Below are positions 23,875 to 33,974 of a stretch of DNA of 64,000 nt, piece by piece. Source of the DNA: Basidiobolus meristosporus CBS 931.73 (taxonomy: Eukaryota > Fungi > Basidiobolomycota); NCBI GenBank assembly GCA_002104905.1, contig MCFE01000169.1:1-64000 (forward strand), in the 5' to 3' direction. Below the pieces are notes generated by a model. The model had not been told where the DNA came from, did no database searches, and was given only the letters and a program-made list of their open reading frames with translations. The position numbers and the translations under genes were made by a program. Position 1 is the first letter of the stretch. Every line of letters begins with the position of its first letter.

Positions 23875-24462
23875 ATGCAACTCACTATCGCTTTATTGGC
23901 CTTCTACATTGCCTCCATCCAGGCAATCCCTGTTGCAATAGATGAAGCTTCTCAGGTCAGCTACGGTAACAATTCATGTGGGGAGCAAGTAAGCCCCTGT
24001 TACCAAGAAGCTCAATCCCCCGGATACGACTATCAACCAGAACAGGATGACGGTAGCGAGGAAGATTTCGATATGACTGAGGGCGAAGGCAAAGGTGAAG
24101 GTGAAGGTGAAGGCGAAGGCGGAGACTCAATGGAAGACACTACCACCCAGCCAGAGTTATCGTATAGTGCTGAGTCGGGTATTCCTGACTTCAATTTAGC
24201 TGACATACAGCCACGACAGGCCTTGTTGGACAAAGTAAATACTCACTCCTCCAATAAGGCTGATGCACTATCAAACTCCAATCAGTTTGACCAGGCCCAG
24301 GTCATCGACCAGACCCTCTATCAACCCAAGCAGCAGCAACCCCAAATTATCATCACTCAGCCAGCGCCTCGTAGCTATGGTGGCAGCAGAAAGAAGTACA
24401 AGAGGTCAGCCCACAAGGATTTTAAGATCAGATATTTCAGTGGGAACAGATACTTGGATTAA
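23875..24462 (+). CDS. Family B secreted protein (195 aa), intact
   Basis: ATG at 23875 (MQLTIALLAFYIASIQA), a (GE)n tract, the B core and tail KKYKR-SAHKDFKIRYFSGNRYLD. Confidence 0.87.
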   Translation: MQLTIALLAFYIASIQAIPVAIDEASQVSYGNNSCGEQVSPCYQEAQSPGYDYQPEQDDGSEEDFDMTEGEGKGEGEGEGEGGDSMEDTTTQPELSYSAESGIPDFNLADIQPRQALLDKVNTHSSNKADALSNSNQFDQAQVIDQTLYQPKQQQPQIIITQPAPRSYGGSRKKYKRSAHKDFKIRYFSGNRYLD

Positions 24463-24739
24463 TATTACGAATAAATATCCCATTTGAAGTCATTGAAACA
24501 TCAGCAGCCTTAGTGTGCAAACTGCTATACCACAGGTATTAACAATGGTTGCTACTTGCCTTGTTCCGAAACCGCAACTTTAATTGGGTTTTTGCATATA
24601 AATTCTTGATAAGCACTATTTTTTAACTTTTTGAATTTCCAGTAAGAACGCTTCTTTTCCCCCTAATATCGCTCAAAGTAACAGTCTGCCCATCTACAGA
24701 GCCAGTAGATAAACTCAGGGAAGTGTTGGAGAGTGTCAT

Positions 24740-25130
24740 TGAGGAAGCAAAACGCGATATGACTCATACTACGAGTTGTCAAGCGAGCGCTCGAAGCGTG
24801 CACACAGGAATGGCACTGTTCTTACGTAGATCATTATCTCATTGTCAGTTTGCAGAAATATCTTTCATCATAAATAATACCTTCGATTTTTTATCCCCAA
24901 AATTGTGGGTCTAATTATGAAAATTTTCCTCACTTCTTCTGTGGTAAATATAGCGCTACACCCTCTAGGCAACGGTAAGACTGTATATAGTACATTCCCA
25001 GTTGCTAGTTGAGTTATAGTGAGCAGTGACTGATCGGTCCTTCGGGATTAAAGGTTGTATTCGGTTGATGAACTTGCCGGTGATTATTTCAACAGCCTGG
25101 CGAGGACGGCCCGCTCATTCTGAGAAGTTG
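24740..25130 (+). promoter_or_regulatory. Block X copy 4, upstream of family A gene
   Basis: GGAATG at 24807-24812 and CATTCC at 24993-24998. Confidence 0.6.
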
Positions 25131-25363
25131 CTAATTGATACACAGGCTAAAATAACCATTTGATGGAAAGTATGCTTAATACAAGCAAATGAACGAAACC
25201 TCAATAAACTCCATATAGATATAGATATATAAGCACTACCTAGCAGTTTGTTTGTAATCTATTAGTAATGTATGGGAACCATGGGTATCCAAACTATACT
25301 ATATAACTTGCTGTGCTATATATTCATCAGTGTACTTCCGTGTGAACGGAACTATTCGACAAG

Positions 25364-25901
25364 ATGCGTTTTACTACAGCAGCAGTGATTTTGGCCCTCG
25401 CTTCTCTTCAACTGGCGGTTGCTGCCCCAATCGGTTGCTCTTCCCCTTGTACCAGTGAGTATAAAAGGACTCATTATCGTAGCTCACCATGTGCACAGTA
25501 TGCGGATAGGTTGCTATCAGAATGTCCAAGTGTTGCCAACCATCAAGACAGTAAATGTCCAAGCCCCATTCTTACGTCAGGTGTTCACTACCGTTACCAG
25601 AAAACACGACAATCTGAACACTGCTACTGCCCGCAGTGATAATGGCTTCAACGTGGAGTACCAAGCAGGTCCCAGTCTCGAAGCAGAGGGCTCAGCTAGC
25701 GCATTAGAATACGCCAAGCAGAAGGAAGCCGAGCACTCGGATGACAGTTATTCGAATCCCTATGTCTTTATGCAGCCCACCCATGATGTGCAATACTCAG
25801 AACCCATGGTTGAGACCCAATGCGTCTCAGACTGTCCTGAGCAAAATGAACAATATACAGAGCCTATAGAGAATACCGAGTGTGCTGATAATTGCGCTTG
25901 A
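25364..25901 (+). pseudogene. Family A copy with a single +1 frameshift
   Basis: Near-identical to 29902-30438 but has an extra T at 25507 (GCGGATAGG vs GCGGAAGG). This may be a real lesion or a sequencing error. Confidence 0.85.
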
Positions 25902-26259
25902 AGTAGCCCAATAAAGCTTACATACTCTTTCTTTCAACCATGAAGAAATAGGGAATTTACTAGAAATCATATGAATAGTATGATGCCAAGTGAGCAATAC
26001 ACCAATTAATGGGCACATATACCCGGGCGCAAATCTCACCCTCCCATAAATATTCACCTCATATGATGGCTGATAAGCAGGGAGGCATAATCCGTCTGTA
26101 ATGATGGTGATGGAGCAGAACATATATACGTATATACCTCTTTTCTTACTAAAAGCCTGCGGAAGGGATGAATATTTACACAATGCATATCTCTCCATGT
26201 ACTCTGGTTTCCCTATTTTATTGTTAACAGCGCAGGAATCTCAGTGCTCCATGTTTACA

Positions 26260-26631
26260 TTAATATCTGTAGCGGCGTCGTTCACAACGACTACACGATG
26301 GTTGATCATAATCATCACTTTCGTATTTGTCTTCGTCCTCATCTGGGATAGGTGATTGCACATATGTGGGCGTAGATGGTTGGAATAACGTCTGATCCAC
26401 CAACTGCACCTGGTCATATTGATTTGAGTTGGAGAGAGCTTGGGCATCCTGCGCAGAGTTAGCCTGGATGCTGTCCAGCAACGGAGAGACATCTGGGAAA
26501 TCCGATGGGTAGTCTGTCGATGAATATGATTCAAGGTATGGTGTCTGGTTGTTATATGTATCGATGGGAGATGCATAGGATGCACCGGCCAAGAATACTA
26601 TGGTGGATAGAATGTAGGTATTGTAATGCAT
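26260..26631 (-). CDS. Family C secreted protein (123 aa), intact
   Basis: MHYNTYILSTIVFLAGASYA is the signal, followed by the core ALSNSNQYDQVQLVDQTLFQP, acidic DEDEDKYESDD and the tail SCSRCERRRYRY. TATA at about 26675. Confidence 0.87.
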   Translation of the reverse strand: MHYNTYILSTIVFLAGASYASPIDTYNNQTPYLESYSSTDYPSDFPDVSPLLDSIQANSAQDAQALSNSNQYDQVQLVDQTLFQPSTPTYVQSPIPDEDEDKYESDDYDQPSCSRCERRRYRY

Positions 26632-27151
26632 TTTGGTGCTTAGCGATACTCGACAATTACTTTTATCCATACTTTTATACCTGATATACATGATAGGCAT
26701 GATTCATCAATGATCATCAGCTACCCAAGCACAGCTTACTAAATTATTTAGCCAAAGTTAATCATCATTCTATTCAGAACAACTAAATGATGAGTTGATT
26801 ATCATCTCACATTCATATCACAATCAATAGTGAAATCAATGGTGTTAATCAGTGACCAAGTTAGCCTACCATTGGGCTGCATGACGAAAAATATATAAAT
26901 ATTAATTGACCAATCGGCATTCAACATTGGCATTCAATATCAGGTTTGTACTAGCAAATATCGAACCTCAAGTCTTCAACTAGGCGAGACCACTCGTGAT
27001 AACTACGATTGTTTATTTATCGTATTTACGAACCAAGTATTGTTCTTACATAGATTACATGATATCTAGCTTTGTTAATATTACGGAATAAAATCTATGG
27101 ATATATGAGCCTTGCTTTCCTGAGTTAGGTAATTATCAAGTGATAGCGAGA

Positions 27152-27229
27152 ATGCTACTTGTTGTTGCTTGGCTGGTTTTATGCGTTCCTACTATCCAAG
27201 TGACTCCTGGTTACGTTGAGATCATTTGA
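27152..27229 (+). pseudogene. Family B 5' remnant
   Basis: AGAATGCTACTT...ACTATCCAAGTGACTCCTG aligns with the B start AGAATGCAACTC...TCCATCCAGGCAATCCCTG and reads MLLVVAWLVLCVPTIQVTPGYVEII*. Similar remnants lie at about 32605 and 33728. Confidence 0.55.
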
Positions 27230-27398
27230 ACGGATATCAATAGCGTTCTTATTACCTATCCTTCATCTATCACAGCTATCTATTAAAATGTGAATACATC
27301 AACGTAGTTATGCTCATCAATATCCAAGCCTTGATATATAGTCAAACGCACTATATATGAAAGATTGTATGAGGCAAAATACTCACTCGTCCTTCAAG

Positions 27399-27953
27399 AT
27401 GCGTGCAACTACTATTATGATGATTTTGGCCCTTGTGTCTCTTCAGACCACCATCGCAGCCCCAGTCCCGTGCTCTTCATGTTCCCGCAAGTATAGAAGA
27501 GTCCGTCAACGTAGCTCACGATGCTCTGACCAAGAAAGCAACTGCCACTCGAGTGACCAAGTTCAACCGATTGTTGAAGTGCCAAATGTCCAAGCCCCAT
27601 TATTGCGACAGGTGTTCACTACCGTTACAAGGAAAAATGACAATCTCAACACTGCTAATGCGAATAGTGACAAGAGCCTTAATGTGAAATATCAGGCTGG
27701 CCCCAGCCTTGAGGCAGAAGGTGAAGCAATTGCCACTGAGTTTGCTAAACAGAAGGGGGACTCTTCCTCAGCAGATGATTCATCATATCCCGTGGTTGTG
27801 GTTCAGCCCTCGCAAGACGTTCAGTATGCAACACCAGTGGTGGATACTCAATGTATTGAAGGTTGCTCAGGCCAGGATGTACAGTACATGGAACCCCTGA
27901 CAGATGCATCATGTGGTGACAATTGTGCTGATCAGTTAACTGAGCCTATGTAA
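27399..27953 (+). CDS. Family A secreted protein, divergent subtype A' (184 aa), intact
   Basis: MRATTIMMILALVSLQTTIA is the signal, followed by PCSSCSRKYRR, the A core and two CxxxC units (CIEGC, CGDNC). Confidence 0.88.
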   Translation: MRATTIMMILALVSLQTTIAAPVPCSSCSRKYRRVRQRSSRCSDQESNCHSSDQVQPIVEVPNVQAPLLRQVFTTVTRKNDNLNTANANSDKSLNVKYQAGPSLEAEGEAIATEFAKQKGDSSSADDSSYPVVVVQPSQDVQYATPVVDTQCIEGCSGQDVQYMEPLTDASCGDNCADQLTEPM

Positions 27954-28853
27954 GACACTCTGTAGTTGATAAATAAACCTCATTGACTCCTATATAAGCG
28001 ATCAGAAGTAGGCATGTTACCTCTGTACTGTAACTGGAGCCTCCATTCGAGTATGTGCGATTGCCACTATGGGTGCCTCATGCTGACATGAACAACAGTG
28101 CAATTGCAACATGATTTGTTCAATTGTAGAGTCAGTGAGGTGAGCGTACAGAGCTGCGTACTAATCAACACATATACAGTAGTGTTTATAGACCAACTAG
28201 TGGGGAAAGTAGCACATATGGAGATAGCCTTATTTACTTAGAAATCAGATGCATAGAACACACCAACCAAGAATGTAGGCATTGTAGTACATCTCAGTGC
28301 TTAGTGATGTTCGTTTATCCATACATCTATACATGACTCATCGACAATCCTCGCTACCCAATACAGTTTACTAAATTATCTAGCCGAAGTTAATCATCAT
28401 TTTGTTCAGAACAACTAAATGAAGAGGCGATTATCATTTCACATGCATTTCACATTCAATAGTGAAATCGGTGGGATTGATCAGCGACCAACTTAGCCAA
28501 TCATTGGGTTGCATAACGAAAGATAAATAAACATTAATTGACCAATTGGCATTCAATATCAGGTTTGTACTTGCAAATATCGAACCTCAAGTCTTCAACT
28601 AGCCGAAACCACTCCTGATTATAAAATAAGTCTATAAGTATGATTTTTTAGACGTATTGGCGCATCAATTTATCTTATTTACGAGCCAAGTATTGTTCTT
28701 ACATAGATTACATAAAATTTAGCTTTGTCGATATTACAAGATAAAATCTATGATGTTTGAGCCATTGTCCAATACTTTGCTGAGCTAGATATAGAGTTTA
28801 GTAACTACGGTTATAAAGTGAGCTTGTGACTGGTGCTACACTGCTCATCAAGA

Positions 28854-28929
28854 ATGCAACTCGCTATCGCTTTACTGGCCTAAGTACTCTAAGATCAGAT
28901 ATTTCAGTGGGAACAGATACTTGGATTAA
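28854..28929 (+). pseudogene. Family B copy with an internal deletion of about 510 bp
   Basis: The signal-peptide start (MQLAIALLA*) is joined directly to the last codons AAGATCAGATATTTCAGTGGGAACAGATACTTGGATTAA of 23875-24462. Both flanks match that gene. Confidence 0.88.
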
Positions 28930-29199
28930 TATTACGAATAAATATCCCATTTGAAGTCACTGAAACATCAGCAGCCTTAGTGTGTGAGCTGCTATACTAC
29001 AGGTATTAACAATGGTTGCTACTAGTCGTATTCTATAATATACATGAATCGCAACTATATTTTACCCTTTATGAATTTCCACGCTCCTTTTCTCTCTTGC
29101 AAACTTGTATATGAGGCAATTCCTATGCTCTGATGTAAATATCACTCACAGTAACAGTCTGCCAATCTACAGAGCCAGTAGATAAACTCAGGGAAGTGT

Positions 29200-29600
29200 T
29201 GGAGAGTGTCATTGAGGAAGTAAAAAGCGATATGACTCATACTACGAGTTGTCAAGCGAGCGCTCGAAGCGTGCACACAGGAATGGCACCGTTCTTACGT
29301 AGATCATTATTTCATTGTCAAGTTGAAGGGATATCTTTCGTTATAAATAATACCTTCATTTTTTTATCCCCAAAATTGTGGGTCTAATTGTGAAAATTTT
29401 CCTCATTTCTTCGGTTATACACATAGCGCTACACCCTCTAGGGAACGATAAGACTGTATATAGTACATTCCCAGTTACTAGTTGAGTTCTAGTGAGCAGT
29501 GACTGATCGGTCCTTCGGTACTAAAGGTTTTATGCAGTTGATGATTGATTATTTCAGCAACCTGGAGAGGACGGCCTGTTCACTCTGACAGCTTGTTTAT
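29200..29600 (+). promoter_or_regulatory. Block X copy 5, upstream of family A gene
   Basis: GGAATG at 29280-29285 and CATTCC at 29466-29471. Confidence 0.6.
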
Positions 29601-29901
29601 TAATATTCGAACTAAACTAATCCATTTGATGGAGAGTATGCTCAATGCAAACAAATGAATGTCTAAACTACTGGAGACTTATAAAACTACTATAGCTTAT
29701 ACAAGTGAGTATGTTATTTCACTTGCTGGATTCCTCAACGTCAATAAACTCCATATATATAGATATATAAGCACTACCTAGCAGTTTGTTTGTAATCTAT
29801 TAGTAGTGTATGGGAACCATGGGTATCCAAACTATACTATATAACTTGCTGTGCTATATATTCATCAGTGTACTTCCGTGTGAACGGAACTATTCGACAA
29901 G

Positions 29902-30438
29902 ATGCGTTTTACTACAGCAGCAGTGATTTTGGCCCTCGCTTCTCTTCAACTGGCGGTTGCTGCTCCAATCGGCTGCTCCTCTCCTTGTACCAGTGAGCGT
30001 AAAAGGGTTAATTATCGTAGCTCACCATGTGCACAGTATGCGGAAGGTTGCCATCAGAATGTCCAAGTGTTGCCAACCATCAAGACAGTAAATGTCCAAG
30101 CCCCATTCTTACGTCAGGTGTTCACTACTGTTACCAGAAAACACGACAATCTGAACACTGCTACTGCCCGCAGTGATAAAGGCTTCAACGTGGAGTACCA
30201 AGCAGGCCCCAGTCTCGAAGCAGAGGGCTCAGCTAGCGCATTAGAATACGCCAAGCAGAAGGAAGCCGAGCACTCGGATGACAGTTATTCGAATCCCTAT
30301 GTCTTTATGCAGCCCACCCATGATGTGCAATACTCAGAACCCATGGTTGAGACCCAATGCGTCTCAGACTGTCCTGAGCAAAATGAACAATATACAGAGC
30401 CCATGGAGAATACCGAGTGTGCTGATAATTGCGCTTGA
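29902..30438 (+). CDS. Family A secreted protein (178 aa), intact
   Basis: Signal peptide, GCSSPC, the ERKR dibasic site, the A core and repeats QYSEP..ETQCVSDC / QYTEP..NTECADNC. Confidence 0.9.
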   Translation: MRFTTAAVILALASLQLAVAAPIGCSSPCTSERKRVNYRSSPCAQYAEGCHQNVQVLPTIKTVNVQAPFLRQVFTTVTRKHDNLNTATARSDKGFNVEYQAGPSLEAEGSASALEYAKQKEAEHSDDSYSNPYVFMQPTHDVQYSEPMVETQCVSDCPEQNEQYTEPMENTECADNCA

Positions 30439-30783
30439 AGTAGCCTAATAAGCTTACATACTCTTTCTTTCAACCATGAAGAAATAGGGAATTTACTAGA
30501 AACAATATGAATAGTATGATGCCAAGGGAGCAATACACCAATTAATGGGCACATATACCCGGGCTCAAATCTCACCCTCCCATAAATATTCACCTCATAT
30601 GATGGCATAATCCGTCTTTAATTATGGCGATAGAGTAGAACATAGATACATACATTTATGCCTCTTTTCTCACTAAAAGCCTGCGGAAGGGATGAATATT
30701 TACACAATGCATATCTCTCCATGTACTCTGGTTTCCCTATTTTATTGTTAACAGCGCAGGAATCTCAGTGCTCCATGTTTACA

Positions 30784-31164
30784 TTAATATCTGTAGCGGC
30801 GTCGTTCACAACGACTACACGATAGTTGATCATAATCATCACTTTCGTATTTGTCTTCGTCCTCATCTGGGATCGGTGATTGCACATATGTAGGCGTAGA
30901 TGGCTGGAATAACGTCTGATCCACCAACTGCACCTGGTCATATTGATTTGAGTTGGAGAGAGCTTGGGCATCTTGCGCAGAGTTAGCCTCGATGCTGTCC
31001 AGCAACGGAGAGGCATCTGGGACATCCGATGGGTAGTCTGTCGATGAATATGATTCAGTTGAATCAAGGTATGGCGTCTGGTTGTTGTATGTATCGATGG
31101 GAGATGCATAGGATGCACCGGCCAAGAATACTAAGGTGGATAGAATGTAGGTATTGTAATGCAT
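30784..31164 (-). CDS. Family C secreted protein (126 aa), intact
   Basis: ATG at 31164. Paralog of 26260-26631. Confidence 0.87.
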   Translation of the reverse strand: MHYNTYILSTLVFLAGASYASPIDTYNNQTPYLDSTESYSSTDYPSDVPDASPLLDSIEANSAQDAQALSNSNQYDQVQLVDQTLFQPSTPTYVQSPIPDEDEDKYESDDYDQLSCSRCERRRYRY

Positions 31165-31724
31165 ATTGGTGCTTAGTGATACTCGACAATTACTTTTATC
31201 CATACTTTTATACATGATAGGCATGATTGATCAACGATTGTCAGCTACCCAAGCACAGCTTACTAAATTATTTAGCCAAAGTTAATCATCATTTTATTCA
31301 GAACAACTAAATGAAGAGGCGATTATCATTTCACATGCACTTCACATACATTTCACATTCAATAGTGAAACCAGTGTTGTTGATCAGCGATCAAGTCAAC
31401 CAATCATTGGGTTGCATGACGAAAAATAAATAAGCATCAATTGACCAATTGGCATTCAAGATTGGCATTCAATATTGGGTTGGTCCTAGCAAATATCGAA
31501 CCTCAAGTCTTCAACTAGGCGAGACCACTCGTGATTATAAAATCAGTCTATAAGTATGATTTACACTATACGTGTTAGCGTATTTATTTCTCGTATCCAT
31601 GAGCTAAGTATTGTTTTTACATGGATTACATAATATCTAGCTTTGTCAATATTACAGGATATATGAGCCATTAGTCGATACTTTGCTGAGTTAGATATAG
31701 GATTTACTGTTATGCAGTTCTAGA

Positions 31725-31980
31725 GTTCTAACCAGAACAGGATGAGGGCGAAGGTGAAGGTGAAGGCAGAGACTGAATGGACGGCAATACCACTCAGCTA
31801 GAGTCACGTGTTCCTGACTTCAAGACAAAGTCAAAGCTCACTCATCCGAGTCACCCAACCAACAACGCGGATGCACCCTCTCAGTCCAATCAGTTTGACC
31901 AAACCCTCTACCAGCAAAGCAGCAACAATCCCAAATTACCATCACTCAGCCAGAAACCGCTAGCTATGGTGGTAACATAA
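31725..31980 (+). pseudogene. Family B internal remnant
   Basis: Contains the GAGGGCGAAGGTGAAGGTGAAGGC tract and QSNQFDQTLYQQ. The 5' end is missing and there are multiple deletions. Confidence 0.75.
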
Positions 31981-32218
31981 TCATATCTATGGCGTAGCAC
32001 GATGGGGAGCAGGACAAGGCTGTCCAGTTTGCAAGATAATAAGCCAGCTACGATTAGTGGACAGTAGATGAATTGGATAATGATGGAAATAAACAATAAA
32101 TCATAGTAGCTGGGGAAGTTGTTGGCTGGCTGTCACTGAACGCTCTGTATTAGCACGCAGTAGGCACATAAGAATTTATTTATGACAGAATGAAAAGGAT
32201 TGATTATATTTGTTTGCA

Positions 32219-32340
32219 TTAATATCTGCGTCTACGGTTGCGTCGTTGACAACGGTTGCACGACGGTGAATCATTGTCGTCGCCTTCATCCAAAGCGACA
32301 GTTTGCACGTATGACGGCACAGATTCAGGTTAGTACAATG
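32219..32340 (-). pseudogene. Family C 3' fragment, divergent subtype
   Basis: Reverse complement reads PESVPSYVQTVALDEGDDNDSPSCNRCQRRNRRRRY*. A second decayed copy lies at about 33550-33630. Confidence 0.7.
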
Positions 32341-33974
32341 TCTGATCGTATTGGTTCTGGTTAGAAAGAGCACTGGTTAGGTAATAGTTAATCAGAGTGA
32401 ATAAAGTTAATCACTTTCAATTAGAGTTGATTGGGATTTGTTTATTCAATATCAAGTAAACACGACAACTATCAGTATGTTGGGCAGCGCCATTCTATCA
32501 TTGGTAGTATTGTGGGTTTGATTCTATAAATGCTTGAATATACAAATCCATTGATTCATAGAAATATACATGAATTGGGTAACTATAGAGTAACTGCGAG
32601 AATGCTACTTGTTGTTATTTGACAGGTTCAATATATTACTACCATTCAGGTGAGTCCTGGTGATATCGAGAGCGTTCTTACATCCGTCACAGCAATTGAA
32701 AGCTAATCAGCTACATCAACCATCAATATCCAAGATATAATACGTAGCCAAATGCACTATATATCTTCCCAAGTGTATGAAGCAAAATACTCAGTAACCC
32801 TTCAAGATGCGTCTCGGTGCTTAGTGATGTTCGTTTATCCATACAGTTATACATGATTCATCAACGATCATCACTACCCAAGTACAGTTTATTAAATTAT
32901 CTAGCCAAAGTTAATCATCATTTTGTTTAGAACAACTAAAAGAGTCGATTATCGTTTCACATTCAATAGTGAAATCAGTGGTGTTAACCAATCATATGAC
33001 AAAAAGTAAATAAACACCTATTTCAGATTGGCATACAATATTAGGTTAGTACTGGCAAATATCAATCCTAAGGTCTTCAACTAGGCGAGACCACTCGTGA
33101 TAACTACGATTGTTTATTCATCGTATCTACAAACCAAGTATTGTTCTTACATAGATTACATGATATTCAATATTACAGCATAAAATCTTGGATAGACCAC
33201 TCATGATTATACAAATAAGCTACAATTTTCCTACACATGTTGGCGCGTTTATTAATCGTAGATATGAGCCAAGTGGTCTTCCTACTTCAAACATCTTCAA
33301 ATAACACTTTATACTATTGCCGATGCTTATTTCTATCGTATAAAACATAGGTCAAGGCTATCCAGTTTGCAAGCCAGCTACGATTAGTAGTTAATTCTTA
33401 GATCGTGTCACAGTAGAAATAAACAATAAATCATAGTAGCCGGGGAAGTTGTTGGCTGGTTGTTACTGAACATGCTGTATTAGCACGCAGTGTACACACA
33501 CAAATTCATTGATGACAGAATGAAAAAGGTTTGATTATATTTGTTTGCATTAATATCTGCGTCTACGGTTGCGTTGTTTACAACGGCTGCATGTATGCCT
33601 TCATCCAAAACGTATGACGGCACAAGCTATCAGTGTACTGAGCAGCAATATTCTATTATTGGTAATATCTGGATATACTTGATATGTCAAAGCTTTCCTG
33701 AGTTGGGTAGTTATACAGTGATGGCAAGAATGCTACTTGCTATTGCTTAGTTGTTTCTATATGTTGCTACTATCCAAGTGACTCCTGGTTACATTTTGGT
33801 CATTTGAATGGATATCAAAATTGTTCTTATTACCTATTGTTCATTGATCCCAGCTATCTATTACAGTGTGAATACATCAACATAGTTTTACTCACCTATA
33901 TCCAAGCCTGATTTATAGTCAAATTGACTATATATAAATGAATGTATGTGGTAAATTACTCAGTAATCTTCAAG

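Noticed and set aside
26241-26585. Repeated alternate-frame or antisense ORFs over A, B and C genes (e.g. 26241-26585, 30765-31118, 14167-14469, 14891-15088, 7660-7992)
   Set aside because: These are shadows of the real coding frame. Their recurrence is explained by duplication of the host genes.
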